DNA from: Polymyxa betae A26-41 | Taxonomy: Eukaryota > Protista > Endomyxa: Phytomyxea | Length of the DNA stretch: 64,000 nt | Direction: 5' to 3' | Assembly (NCBI GenBank): GCA_003693705.1 | Contig: RBZT01000680.1 | Coordinates: 1 to 64,000, forward strand | Shown here: piece by piece, positions 24,801 through 38,372 of the stretch | Layout of the letters: each line of letters opens with the position of its first letter | Position numbering within the stretch: position 1 is the first letter of the stretch | Translations under genes and position numbers: made by a program | Notes under the pieces: model-generated | Told to the model about the DNA's origin: nothing | Seen by the model: only the letters and a program-made list of their open reading frames with translations | Databases searched by the model: none

Positions 24801-25559
24801 AGCGGCCTCAGATGTGCTGATGAAAGCGAGAGTTCGATTCGGCCAGAGATGCGTTGAAGTGATTTGCTCACATGATGGATATAAGATGTGCTGAGATTCT
24901 CTCAGGCTCTTTAAACTGCCTGATTGCGCGGCCCTGATCAAAATTACAGTGCAGCTAAAATTGCGCCCCGGAGTTCTTTCCAATAATCTCTGTTCAGGTA
25001 TATGAGTGTTCTTCATACCATTAAAACATGGCTAAATATTTTATCGATGTTTAACAGAAGTCCGTGTAGTGTACACTAGAGATTCTGGTACCTTAGCCCT
25101 TCTTCGTTCACCTGACAGCACTAAATTGTCGGCAATTAAACCGAAACCAGTTCAACCCCAACAGGATGAAGGATGCAAGGTGCTGGATTGTAGTTTCCAA
25201 GGTTACGTAAGCTTTTGCGACGGAGACCGAATGATGGAGATTTTGGCAAAAATATGTTCGCTTTCAAAAAATATGAGAAATAAAACAAAATAAGAAATAC
25301 GGAATTTCTTCTGAGTGAAATAAACGGAACATACGGAGTCTATTAATAGATTTAGTATTAAAAAAGGAGTTCTGCTGAGATGAGGACCTGTCCGATAATT
25401 AGAGATCGTCTTTCCCTGATAGCACATCGGTGCGAACCATTACGCATGCAAAACGCGACTATATTAAACAGTATCTATTTATAGCTAACATGAGGACAAA
25501 GATGTATTTATTTTTTTAATGTATTTGAGATATCTCTCGTAGCGTAGACAACATCGCTG

Positions 25560-26398
25560 TTAACACAGATGTCTGCACGCTCTGAGCCTGATCCATTCGG
25601 TCCAGTATTTCCGAGAGTGTGCTAAGGCGGTATTGTTTACGCTGTTTTTCTCCGCAACGTCAACAGCCGATTTTGCCATCTCAGAAATAAAGGCTGCAAA
25701 GACCTCTATCCCAATCTCGTGATGCTCCTCCAGCGTCTTCGTCTTCGATGACGCTGGCATCTTCACTTTCGACGGCTACACCATTTTGAAAACGCCGGAG
25801 TTTTCTGCGCCGACTGTTTGAGGTTTTGTGTTGGCGTTTTACAACTGCCGACATGACCTTCTGGTGAAAACTGGGCCAAAAGTTCTGTCCCGTCTTCATG
25901 GTTTTCCTTCTCTTGTTCTTCCTCCAGTTCACGAGATACGGCCTCAACGTCGTAAGTCATCGTCGTCTAGCGCTGAAGAGGTTGGCTCAGCAATCGGGTC
26001 GCTCTTCATTCCGTCATTCGACTGATAATCAAATAATATTTTCAAGGCTTCTGAGAGCAAAAACAATACCTGAAAGTGTTCAGTCAGAACTTCGAAATAG
26101 GAGGGCTTTTCGGTAATTTTACATTTTCCTTTAGCCGTCGTGCAGGAACAGATTTTGCTCGGTCTTGAGTGAAATTAAAAGTTCGTACGAACGCACCAGT
26201 AAGCCATTTCCACCAGTTCGATGTTGCTTGGTTGCTGCGAATGTTTGCCTTTTTAGTCTCAGCCATATGGCTATATCGCAGCTCGATCAAACTCTCAGCT
26301 AACTCCTTAGTCCATGTTGCTCGATCCTTTTTCGCAAACGACAGGTTATCCTGTTGATAGAGATTTTTTAGAGGGAGTCCCCCTTGGCACGTTGGCAA
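25560..26398 (-). pseudogene. Myb/SANT (trihelix)-like Harbinger accessory protein
   Basis: WTKELAESLIELRY...WWKWLTGAF; acidic middle; C-terminal LEEHHEIGIEVFAA; near the Harbinger transposase. Confidence 0.55.
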
Positions 26399-27420
26399 TG
26401 TTTGCCATTACTGGGTTGCTGGTATCGACGTTATTGGTGAGATAAATTCCAACGATGTTAGAAAACCAAGGTGAAAAATTGCCTGGATGCATCACAGATT
26501 CTGGGCCAGGAGGATAATAACCTGGTATGTTGGGATTATCTGAATCATTCCGGATCGAAATGGGACATTTCCAGGTACAGTACATTTTGACGACGCTTTT
26601 AGCGTTTTCGGACGCTTCATAACAGCTATTAACGATCAAATAATCAATTGATGCTCCAATCAGAACGAATGGGAATCATAGATATTAAATTTGCTTAAGT
26701 GCAGTTTTAACAGATTTGACTGTACGACAGAAATTCAATAAAGATACCACTTGAACCAGCTTTCAGAGTTTTCGCGCCCTACCTATACTCAGACGGAAAG
26801 GTATTAGAATCACCCTCTCAGGAACGAACTAGGTTATTGGATACATCCATCTGTTCAGTCTGCCGCACCAGCAAGGCTCCGATGCTGTCCTCGGATCTTC
26901 GTCTTTGATGCCACCAAAGTTGAGACAAGCATTTGGCCCACGACCAGCAAGCCCTCTTTAAACTCCGTCCCGATCAAGACGTCACGTTTGCTCACGCTAC
27001 GATTGGATCTCCAAGGAATGACCTTTGTTTTTACAGATGGCGCCTTCTAGGCAGTGCCAGCGACATTCATGGGCTCTCTGTGATCAATCGCGATAATTCC
27101 CTTCAACTGGCACTGATAGCATTTTTATCCGCCGGTGGATAGATGGGCTGCGCATCCGCGAGCTTGTTTTCGGATGGTCGTAAGGCGTCATCGCTACTGA
27201 TCATAAGAAGGTCGGAACAATGCCAGTTTCATGCCCTCACCAAAACTTTCTATGCAAATCAATATAGATACTAAAGAAATCCGTAAATGTCAACCTCTGT
27301 TTCACAGTGAGTTTTCTGCGAATGTTGGTTCACCCGCAGTTTTCAAGAGTATCCGCAATCTAGCCCGATTTCCTGAAAACTCGCCGTCCGTTTTGGGAGG
27401 GTGACTTCGCGTGATCTTCG

Positions 27421-28656
27421 ATGGACGGTTTGGATGGTTTAGCGTCTTCTGACAGCTCTGATGGGGATGATAGTCTGGACCCCGAGATCTCTGACGCCAC
27501 ATCAGTTTCGGCTTGGTCCATCAGTGACTCTCTATCTGATTCTTGCAGCGATGAGGAGCTCTTTGATGATGAAGACGAACAAGTTATCGCCATTATTGCG
27601 GCCGCTATCGTTGCTGCTCAGTCATTTCGAGTCTTCACTGCAAATGAGTTGGCTAACGATTTCCAGCAGTCGGTAAAAAAACATTGCAGTTCGCGACGTT
27701 TTAGCAACCATGAAAACAACGCCGTCGTTGTTTAGAATTTTGACGAATTTTACCGTCGAGGAATTCGAGCTCCTATGCCAACGTGTTTATTGCTACCCAT
27801 GCTCGGTCGACTGGGAATCTCCGAATCCACTGGGGTCCCTCGAAGCTTTCTCCTCATCAGAGTCTACGTTCCTTCATTCTTCACCTCAAGCATGACAGCA
27901 CTGCAATGCTGGAAGCTTTTACATGGAACTGGGCGAAAAGCAGTGTTTCTGATGACGCTTCTTTTCATAGCGAGCTGTATAAATTTTGCCTGTGAAGACG
28001 AAATTCGTTGGCCAGATCCTGCAGAACGCGACCGTTTAGGAGCAGAAATCCCAGAGTTTCAAGGCTGCATCGGTTTTATCGATGGGACGCTGTGCAAAAT
28101 TCGAAGACCTCATAACGACGACATGGCAACAGTATGGTTTAACGGCCGTAAGAAAATATACGCCGTCAACAACACTGTTATAATCGATCACAACGCTCTG
28201 TTCATATAAATCGATTGTGGTTGTCCTGGATCATTTCGCGACATCAATACTTGGAGACAGTCGGAACTTCATCGCAATTGGCGTGCTTACTTCCGGCATG
28301 ATGACGAAGCAAAAGACTACGTACTTGGTGATCCCGGTTATATGGGTGAAGAAATGTACATTTTGCGACGAATTGGAAACAGTGAAATTCCAGATGACAG
28401 GAACATGAAGCCAATTGACGCCTACAGCAAGATGCATGCAGGATACCGCATTAAAGTCGAATGTGGCATCGGCGGTCTTAAACGAAAGTGAAAACGCATC
28501 TTGAAAACGTTTGACTGTACCAAACAGAAGTTTCCACATTTGTTTAAGCCTCCGCGGTGCTAACTAACTTTCTGCGCCGGGGCAAATGAATATGGAAGCA
28601 GATCTGGCGAAATGTATGACGACGAGAGCGACATCGGTTGGTTTGAAGACGATTGA
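27421..28656 (+). pseudogene. Harbinger (HARBI1-like) transposase
   Basis: Acidic N-terminus; IRWP; GFIDGTLCKIRRP; FNGRKKIYAVN; YVLGDPGY; RIKVECGIGGLK. Confidence 0.9.
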
Positions 28657-28749
28657 AGATCGACGGTATAAAGAGAATTGATTTAATCCACATTCAATAG
28701 TTTGCGGGCCTCAGCCTCAAAATGTTCCTGACTAATGAGAACAAGGCTC

Positions 28750-29480
28750 TTAGCTTCTGTTAGGTTAGAAAGACGAGCCCGTTTTGCTTTGCGATCGAGC
28801 ATTTCGGATTTTCGCTTCAGGTAAAGCTATCGCGCATTGGAAGATTTCTCAAAATTACAGCTCAAAGCGGAGATCGACTAAGCCTGCATCTCTAACGCCT
28901 GTGCTTTACCAGGGCGTTGTATTTCCACATCTGTGGAAGGTTCATCTTGTCGTTTCGAACGAGGCGTCGAAGAGGCTGAGGATTCAGCTGGCGACACAAT
29001 CGCCTGGCTCTGAGCCAAGATGTTTCTTTTTGCATGACCATCCGTTAACTTTAGCTGCTGCAAAAACAGCCTCTTGCTGCAAACACGCCTTTTTCCTCCC
29101 TTTTTCATTAGAAGTTCCGGTGTTGAGCTCTTTTAAAGTTTTCCTAACGGCATCTATAAGGCTTGTTTTATTTAAAGGCACAGTCTGGATAAAATTGTTT
29201 GTAATCGCCATGCATCTACAGTATAACAGTTTATCGATAAATTTAATAAACATGGAACAACTAATGGACTTCTCTCCAAACAGTGCTGGGAACCAGCTAT
29301 GTCGTCTTCGAATGAGACTCCGAATATTTCGCGAAGTGGTAATGATATGAAGACACCAGAGCGCTGATGCAAACATCATCAATCACAGGGCGGACAATGT
29401 TGGGTTTCGCGTTCGCAACTGGTACGGGATCCGGGTCGGAGCTGCTCTCCAGGTGCAAGAAGTGCGAATCCAACTCTGCC
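28750..29480 (-). pseudogene. Possible second Harbinger accessory ORF remnant
   Basis: Convergent with the Harbinger transposase; fragmentary frames; motif evidence weak. Confidence 0.3.
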
Positions 29481-30816
29481 ATTTTGCTTGAATTGGAACT
29501 AGAAAACAGTAGAAGAGCAGTACGAGATGGATCGAGGCGAGGGTTGACGCAGTCCGTGGCGAAGCTACCTGTGGAATTTAGCCATCTGCAGATTCGACGG
29601 TTTTTTGAGTTTCGCCGGCAGTTTTATTGGTATGGAGGCCCTTCCGCAATTTTCGCGCAGCCCACCATCAGGTTTGGCGAAACTCTCGGTGACTACCGGC
29701 AGTTTGATCCAATTTACGGATATCTTTTCTGTACGACTGTGATTCATTTTAACCAAGGTGTTTCCAGTAAAATAGTGAGATAAAATTATGGAGATCCCAA
29801 GAATAAAATTGCGAGTTGCTCGATAATTATCTCTATAAAGTTTATTGTCCGTCCGTCGGTTTAAAGTTTAATTATATCACTATAAGATGGATCACCAACT
29901 GGCTGACTGCTCTTATCGCATCGACATCGGCGGCCGTCCGAAGTTCTCTAGAAGCCATCGTCTGCTCTGCTCTTTCAGTAACATATAGCATGCAGATAGG
30001 TCCTTTCTCAAGCCCTCATCAAAGCGATTCACAATTAGGCGTAGTCAATTCGCTGGGGCGAATCTCGACGAATCCTGTCATAAGGGATGGTTTCTGACTG
30101 CTTGAAATGCTTCAAACGAAAGCAGGTCGTCATCGCTCGTGGTACATGTTGGATTTCTCGCTCCGGGAAGCGGCTACGATTCAGAACGATGTGAGCTAAA
30201 CACAATCAATAGCAGAAATGAATTGTATTATGGCCCGGAGGCATTATATATCACAGTATAGAATTAGGGCATTACCATATAAACCAAAACTCCGCCACGG
30301 ACTTCTCCGTCTTCAACTGTTGGCACCGTTGTCATCAGAGGGTTGCACCCTCCCTTCCTCGAGATGTCCAGTGGAGACGGCGCAGCCAGTCGCGGGAGTA
30401 TGACGTGCGCCACCAGAATTGGACTCTGTCTCAACACTTGTACACAGGAGATTGGATCGCTTACTAACAGTACATTGTGCTATGCCATCAATATCACTAT
30501 ATTGTCTCTCTTCTCAATATGTAGGACACGAGGAGTTCTTATCAGCAGCCATCGGAGTGGATACAAAAGTCCCCATAGAAGCAAACAAACACTGTTAGCC
30601 TAATACAGGATGGATGGAGTTTTTATTATATGATATCACAAATCATCATGTCTGTAAAGAGCTGTTGATACTTTTGATCAATTTTGGCCAGTAAGTTTGT
30701 TGGAATTCGATGTCACCATTTCTGCGCGGGTCTGGGCTGTTTCCCTGACGCGCGTGTCTGGCGCAGCCTCTAAACGCTCGCGTCTAGAAGAATTTCCCGA
30801 TGTCTACCGCACGAAA

Positions 30817-31160
30817 ATGACTTATGGAAAACGATCCAAAGACATTTCCTTCAATCTTCACTTTTCAATTGGATGTTTGGATATGGGGCCTACATGCTCG
30901 ATATTCAGTATCAATATCAGCACCTTCAGAAATTGGGACACGAAGAAGCAATACTACTGAAAATGGTATCACTTTGTGGACACGTTCACTGTATTAGATA
31001 TTTTACTCCCAACCCTGTCTTCGTTCCGTGAGAAGTATGATTCTATTTATCCATTAAGCTCAATCATGAATGATCCGAAATATCAAGTCAGCCGTTCCGG
31101 AAAGAAATACGTTTCGTCTTTCTCGTTAGGAAATCGCCAACAGGCAAGAAATATGTGCAA
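30817..31160 (+). repeat. Diverged copy of the N-terminal coding region of the pogo-like element at 36984-38372
   Basis: Aligns with 37292-37628, including the shared stretch GATCCGAAATATCAAGTCAGCCGTTCCGGAAAGAAATACGTTTCGTC. Confidence 0.8.
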
Positions 31161-31345
31161 GAAGGATACCTTATAAGCACCGTCGACAGATTTTGTTATA
31201 ACTTATATGACTTTACAGCTTATGGGATTCAAGTAAAGAGAAAAGCATAACTCCTTATTACTTCTGCTCGCATTATGCGAAGTGCGAAGCCATCTCAAAT
31301 TTCGCACCCTAATCGAGTATTGCCAATTTGCCTCTACCTTTAGTT

Positions 31346-32150
31346 ATGTCCCGTGTTCGTTTAACCAATGAGCAGAAGCAACCTAACTTCCAGTACAAAG
31401 CCAAACACCGTTCCATGTCTCATATGAGTCATATCGGACTCCCCAAATGGACAAAAAACGATTTCAAGATGGGGAAAGACCTTCCGCAAGCTCAATCTGC
31501 ACGTATATAAAAAAGCTTCTCATGAGCAGATGTCTGAGCATGAGCTGCCAGCCAAACGCCCAAGTATTGCCAAGGGTTCCGCTTTGGAAGAGACGTTAAT
31601 GACTTGGATTATACAATATCAATATCCTCCTGTAGCTTTGACCTCCGAGATTATCAAGGCTGAAGGAAGAGAGCTGACAGAAGGTCTTAACGTTGACGAG
31701 AGGCTTTTAAAAGAGTTCAAATTCATTGTTGGTTAAGTTTATGACACGTCACGGACTTTGCTCTTTAATGTTACATCTCTAAAGTAGCTCTGTGAACTCA
31801 GAGGAATTGAAGAGACATCTCCCTGAATTAAAAGAAAATATTGCCAAGTATACTCGAAAGGACGCTTACAACATGGACGAGACCGGAAATTCTTCGTTCG
31901 CTGAGTGTCGGAAATGTTCGACTACCATCAACCGGACAGTTTACGCTAAGCCTGCAGACCGTTCCACAGTTCGTTGATTCTACAACCGCACAAAAGCCAA
32001 GACCCGATTAACGTTGGCGCTCACCGCAAATGCCACTGGCAACCAAAAGTTGCTGCCATAGGTTAATGGACATGCTGCAAAGCAAAAGATTAATACAACG
32101 CTCAGTTAGGGTTTATTACCGGAACAACAAACACGCTTGGATGACTGGGG
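31346..32150 (+). pseudogene. pogo/Tigger transposase remnant
   Basis: RVRLTNEQK; LEETLMTWI; YNMDETG; KTRLTLALTANATG. Confidence 0.8.
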
Positions 32151-32899
32151 AGATTTTTCACCTAGTTTCTCATGATGTTCGATAATGACATGGTAAACAA
32201 ACCAGCTTCGCTTCTGTAATTTGCTTGGAAGTCTACCAATAAACAGGAAAAATGTTGAAAGAGAAAAAACACAATCAAGACCTTGAGCATCAACATCGCA
32301 AATAATGGACCCAAAGCACAGATCTAGCATCAACATCATGACAGCAATCATTTACAAATCATTAGCGACACAAATTCAAATCTGAATGAAAGTCAACAAT
32401 TCCTGTTTGACTTTCCCAGTTGGATAGTGAGTGTGTGTCATCGTCTTTGGTGGCTGGTTTACAATTGTGATAAGAATTCTGCTTTCCGGATCGTCCATGA
32501 GCTCGGTAACTGTCTTGATAATGTTGCTGAATTCGTGAAAGTATCCACAGGAATAACGATAAGATTTGAACGCCGGTTGTTACATTTTAGACTTTATCAA
32601 AAACGCCTGTCTCAAATGGGCGAGAAAGACCAGAGTCATTTCTATCTCATTGCCATCTGTATATTCTGTAGTCTGTTGGAGCACATAGTCCGAGCTATGA
32701 TCCTCAAGACTAATAAGGCTTTCACTATCGTCAATTCTTCTGTTTCTTGCTTCCAAGAACAAAAGCCATGTCTGCATTCTCCTTTTCAGAGGATGTCGTA
32801 GACCCGGTCAGCAATCTGAATGCGTTTTCAGGAATTGGCTTTGAACAGAGGTAATATAAATACAAAGGGTAACCATCGTTCTATAAAAGGCATGAATGA

Positions 32900-33564
32900 G
32901 TTGACCATAATACGTTTCAGGAGCTTCGCTCGCTGTAAGCTTATTCGGCTCGATAAATGTATCAACAGAACATATCCCGGAATATCTCACAGAATTCTTT
33001 CACGCCGCTGCTGGTCAGCATACTCGAATATCATGCTCAGCCATGTACTTGTGAAGGGCTTCGGTATGCTGCGGTCGCCAGCCGTAGTTTCCCTCGACAA
33101 GGGTTGGAATCGTCCTGACCATGAAGTGAAAGGGATAGGACAATACTACCAATAGCTGTCTCGGCCATCTGTCTGACCCCAAATGTACAGCAGGCTTCTC
33201 CCCGTGGGCCATTGGGTAATGGTATACCCTTTCAGGCAACTTGCTTTTCATCGGCGACGCGCCGGATGCCTGTTCTCGGCGACAAGAGTGTGATACCTTA
33301 TCGACCGTCAAGGCAAGATACGTATCGATGTACGGGGCCACGCGAGAACTTTTGTGGCTGCGCGAGCTCCTAAACGCGTTGGGCTCTCAGCAACGTGTGG
33401 CGTCATTTTTTCATGAAGTTGACAGCAGCACAGCCGCACTACCAAAAGATAGGTGTGGGCCGGCGTTTTTAAGCGCCTTGATGTTCGTTTTTATGTTTCA
33501 GCATTTTTTGCCATCCGATAAGATGCTCGCTGATAATCCAACGAATGCTTTTTTCGCCACGTAA
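32900..33564 (+). pseudogene. Ty1/Copia RT C-terminus and RNase H remnant
   Basis: SRRQECDTLST..RELLWLRELL; KRLDVRF; MLADNPT. Confidence 0.7.
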
Positions 33565-33941
33565 TTCCTTTGTCTCCGCGAGACCATTGGCAAGATAGGG
33601 GTCCATGGTTGAGACGGGGTGTTGGCCTGAGGGAGCGCCCGAGGCCTCGAGCCTGTAGTTAATTGCAGCGTTAATAACAAAATTGCTATCTCCCAGAATT
33701 CGATATCAATCCTGCCAAGGTTCTTCTCTTGGTCGGAGTTTAATAGCGCCTTACTCGATATTGAAACCCCCCTTTCGATAGGCAACATATAGCGAAAACC
33801 TGAAGAACGATAGTCTGAAGAAAATTCTTGTCTGAGGGACAATGCCAGAGCAGCGATTTTGGCCTCACTTTTACGTCAACGTCTTCGCCGACAGTCCTGG
33901 ATTAAATAAGCGAGAGAGTCACGCGCGGGGTCTGCCCAGCG

Positions 33942-34920
33942 ATGAGCTCCGATTATATCATGGTGTTTATTGATGACAAGATGTTGCCCGAGGGGGACAT
34001 CACAGTGGCGAAGGCCATATATCGGAATCTAGCAGGCCCTGTTCTTGATATTCTCACGAAGCGGCCAGTACGTTCGACCGAAACGTGGAGCGACCCGGAA
34101 ACTGATATCGGTTTCTGGTTGCGAGATCGAGAATGCATCTGGCTCACGGTTAACCATTGCCGTACCTCGAACTGTGCACTCGATGCTGGGTCGAGTTCCG
34201 GGCGCGGGGGAGCGTACGTTTTTCATCGGCAGCTCTGGCGGTCTGGCATACCACGAATGTTGAGCAACGTCAAGAACCTGTATGAATGGCTCCTATGAAT
34301 TGATCTCCGGGACTATCAGTCACGGAGGTGTCCAACCTTCTCACTAATGAACTGATAAAAGGTTGGATCTCGTTCCTGTCGCGAAACCTCAAGGCGGGCT
34401 ATCAGCTATGGGCCATGTTCCTGTTCCACATCGTGCTGATGCTGCGGTCGAAGGAAGGGCGCTTCGACGACTCCATCCCGTGTCTAGCGATGGTCAGCCA
34501 GACTACTGGAGATCGAATGACCGTCGGAGTGCTCTTCAAGGGCAAGACCGACGAGTCGCTTAAGTACCTGTTCATCCACCGGAATGATGAGATTCCGCAG
34601 CTGTGCATGATCCAGCATCTGCTGGGATGGATTCGCTTCTCCGGAAAGACCGAAGGATACTTATTCCCGGTCGCGAAGGGCATCCCTTGCCAGTGTGTGA
34701 CTTGTAATTCCAAATAGTGGGGAATTCTTTGGAAAAAAACAGATTTTTATTAAAATCTAAAATGCGATTTAAGGAGCGGTCACCCGTCCTGGTGCTTTGG
34801 GGATGAACACCATGCGCAAGACGGGATACATTCTGGCGCTCTGGGTTGAGGGCGACATGTCCAGATTATGCTGTTGGCTCGCCATAAGAGCCTCAATTTT
34901 GCGAAGCGACATTGCTCGGA
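33942..34920 (+). pseudogene. Crypton-like tyrosine recombinase remnant
   Basis: LMLRSKE; FKGKTD; LCMIQHLL..GYLFP; NTMRKTGYILALW; no RT adjacent on this strand. Confidence 0.6.
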
Positions 34921-35399
34921 ACGCTGACGATGATTGAGATCGCCTAACGTTAGGAGTATGTTCACTCAGATTGTACATTTTCTTTCAACTTTTTTAGTGA
35001 CGATTTGCTGCTGAGATCTAATTTAAGTTGCGCCAGATTTATATCCACAGCCCCAGTCCGGTCATGGCCGTCACGATCAATGCGCAGGATCATGCAGGTT
35101 TTCTCTTGGTTTGCGACCAAATTCGTCTTAAATTGGGAGTTCAGCTTGGATTGTGATTGCACAATCCAAAGAACGGACCTAGGAAGAGTTGAATGTTGAG
35201 GTTGTTGACAAAGTAACAATCATTGTGTGTATTTTTTTCATCGGTTTTGAGGCGTATTGAAGATATTTCGGCTTTTCGTCTGGGACTGTATGCAGTCCCA
35301 CAAAGCTTGATCAGGAATGACAAGGTCGCATTCTATTACGCCCCATCGAATTGACGTTCATGTATCGTTTTGTGCATGATAACTGCAGTAAACAATAGA

Positions 35400-36720
35400 T
35401 TTTTGGCGCAGTTGTAGGTTTGGTGGAAGTATCCTATAGCATTTTCTCTGTCGATAAATATTCCAGTACAATTTCGCAAGTTGTGAAAATTTCAAGTTGA
35501 TATCTAATGTTACTGTGCTTTGTGCGATTTTCCGTTCAGTTGTTGTTGCTAATGGCGATGCATCCCTGGTTTTTTCAAAATTTGGAGAGGTCCCTTGAGT
35601 GCAGAGCTGAATTCACCCAGAAAATTGCCTGAACCATTTTTCTTCCTTAATTAAAGCTGCACTGATATCGATGTACTCGATTTTAGTGGGGAAAACGATG
35701 TAGACGGTTGTAGCTTCGATTTCCAGACACTAGAGCCGCCGGCCATTTGGTCGACCTTCGGGTATCAGGGTCTCCTTCCCAACCGGCTTCAGACAATTTT
35801 GCTTGGTATTTCCCGCTGTATACGACACCCCAGTTTTGCTTTCCAGAAAGATTACGAAGAGATCGTTTTGCCGCCCGCCATTGCTGGGGCCGTTAGTGCT
35901 GAGTGTGAATAGGCGTTGTTAGGACGAGGGAAAGAAGTCCTGATACTAATGCGAATTAACTAAAGAAAACTGTGCTTTATCAACTCAACAAACAATGGAA
36001 CCGAAATAAGGAAGGTAAGGCGACGAGGCAGTGGTGATGTCCGGGCGAGTAATCGGGACGAGTATAGTTGACATCTTGCGGAGCGGGAGCAGAAGGGACG
36101 GAGACGTTGGGTCGGAAATAGGAGAAACGGGGACGCGGGACTGGGACCGGGGCGCTGGACTGGGGCCAGGTGATGGCATGAACGGGATGAGAGCCAGGAG
36201 GAGGTCCGGAGGACGGAGACGATTTCGAGGGGAAGAGGGAGACAGAGGAGGCAGGAGGTGAAGACGATGAGGAAGGCGTTGATCGTAATGCGAGGGGTGC
36301 GAGCGGGTCCGCAACTGTGTGGGCCCGAGGGGTTGGAGGCTCCGCCAGAGGCCGCGCCCGTTGGAAGATTCCAACGGCTTCGTGTCCATGCTCGTAGAGC
36401 ATGACAGGCGTCCTATACTAGTGGAGATATCTCGTCGACAGTTGGTGGCAAGCCAGCTGACGCTGCCGACAAGCTCCGCATTGGGAATTCTTCTCATTTC
36501 GTTTTCTTTTGATCGGTGTGTGTTTCCCCTTGTTGCGCTTTGAGGTCGTGACAGATAACCCAGAGCTGTTCTGTTTCGTCTATATTGCAGTGGAAGGCAC
36601 TGACTCAAAAAATAAGGTGTCGACGTCCAATACCATTGCAAGAGTTTTCAGAAGCGACAATAAATTCTCCTTTGAAAAGATATTTCTTCCTATGCTAGCC
36701 CCAGTATAATTGGCCTTGAC
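35400..36720 (-). pseudogene. Ty1/Copia RT-RNase H remnant interrupted by a solo LTR
   Basis: MRRIPNAELVGSVSWLA..RRDIS; WRAAKRSLRNL; NQGCIA..RTKHSNIRY..LEYLSTEKM..TKP. Confidence 0.75.
35917..36406. mobile_element. Solo LTR (490 bp)
   Basis: TGTTA...TGACA termini; 5-bp TSD GGCGT at 35912-35916 and 36407-36411; Copia coding sequence resumes on both sides. Confidence 0.85.
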
Positions 36721-36983
36721 TTTAGCTTAGGAACAAATGTATTGTTCATATAGCATACCCGCTGTGACTGGGATTCTCCTAAAAAACCTGTATTCCAGAC
36801 AAATTTAAGGATAGCATAGCAGTTACAGTGCCAGGTGGAGATGCTCGAACAAAAAATTCACCTGTTCTGGAGAATCGACCACTTCCAAAGGTTATGGTGG
36901 ATTTTTGATAACAAAAAAATCACCTTTTCATCCACGTTAAATATTAGAAAATTTACTGCGCAGACTGGGTTCACAAGCTTGTC

Positions 36984-38372
36984 ATGAAGAGATTTCTGCT
37001 CTCCAACCCTGCCAATCAACGATGGGTGGAAGCCCAGGAACGACCCAAACTAGGACGTACGAACTTCGATCACGTTGCCAGTTTCGTGCGTCACGAGATG
37101 TTTCCTGAGCTACATCTGCAGTCCTTGCAGCCGATTCTGCAGAGTACAATATCATCTAAGGGCAATGTTCCATATGAAATCGTGATCGAGGCGCGCCAGC
37201 GGCAGTTACATCGGCAATTAATGAACGAGATCTTAAATTCGACGATGGTCCGTAAAACGTCGGCACGCAATCATCTGATGCCTACCGGACGATGACATGG
37301 GAAAAACGATCCAAAGCCGTTTTCTTTTATCTTCACGGTTCACTTGGATGTTTGGATATTGAGCTTACATGCTGGATATCCAGTATCAGCATAAGCACTT
37401 TCAGTAATTTGGTAAAGCAGAAGCAATACTACGAGAAATGGTATCACATTGTTTACTCGCTCTCTGTATCAGATATCTTACTCACAATTCCGTCTTCGTT
37501 CCGTGGGAAAGTATGATTCTGTTGATCCATCAAGCTCAATCATGATCCGAAATATCAAGTCAGCCGTTCCGGAAAGAAATACGTTTCGTCTCTCTCGTCA
37601 GGAAATCGCCAACAAGCAAGATGTGCAATACGAATGACAATGAAATTTACATGCGCAAAGATACAAAAACATCTGGATCTGGAAGGAAGGTGAAATACGA
37701 AGAGCAAGAGTTTACAATGCAGCAAGTGATTGAACGTTGGGAAACGGGCAGTCCTCTGAGTAAATCTTTTGCAAATGATTTTCTGACAGTCAAATTCTGA
37801 CACGAAAACGAAGCAGACCGGACAGAATGGGAAGCTGAAAATGGGCGTCCACATTGGAAGCATCACACCAGGCGTCTCACAATGGTTCAGTAGAGTTATT
37901 TCAAGGCATCGTTTTCTATTCGCAAAGTTTCAATTTTTGTCAGTCAGTTCCCGTCAATTGGCTTCAGATTGGCGTAGAAGCTACATCCCTTACCCGGAAG
38001 CAAATGGCGTCTGTCGGAGTAAAGCGCTTGGCTAATGCTGACAAAATGTTTCTTAAATTCTATCCCAAGGATTCACATCTGATCGGCCCTACGAACGTCT
38101 ATCGTGTTGGACTAAATCGAGGAGAGGATGATACGAAGGGCTGCACAGTAATGGTCTCTTGCGAAATGTTTGAGTCCCGCATGATGGCGCCATACATTAT
38201 CATAACCGTAGTTCGCAACGGTACACTCTCTCGTCGATTTGCCATTTGGGACGGATCCAGCAAGGTAACATTTCATCCAAAACACTGGACGGACAATGAA
38301 GGGTGCTGCCTTTATCTAGAATGACTACGTTGTTGTTATCATGACTAGAAGCTGGGGCTGATTTGGGATGTA
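36984..38372 (+). pseudogene. Divergent pogo-like DDE transposase with long N-terminal extension, 3'-truncated
   Basis: LANADKMF; KGCTVMV; HWTD; LGLIWD. Confidence 0.65.

Noticed and set aside
27290-29710. Candidate TIRs for the Harbinger element
   Set aside because: Inverted match too weak and no clear 3-bp TSD.
35980-36641. Pro/Ser-rich ORFs as host proteins
   Set aside because: They are read-through of a GC-skewed solo LTR bounded by a 5-bp TSD.
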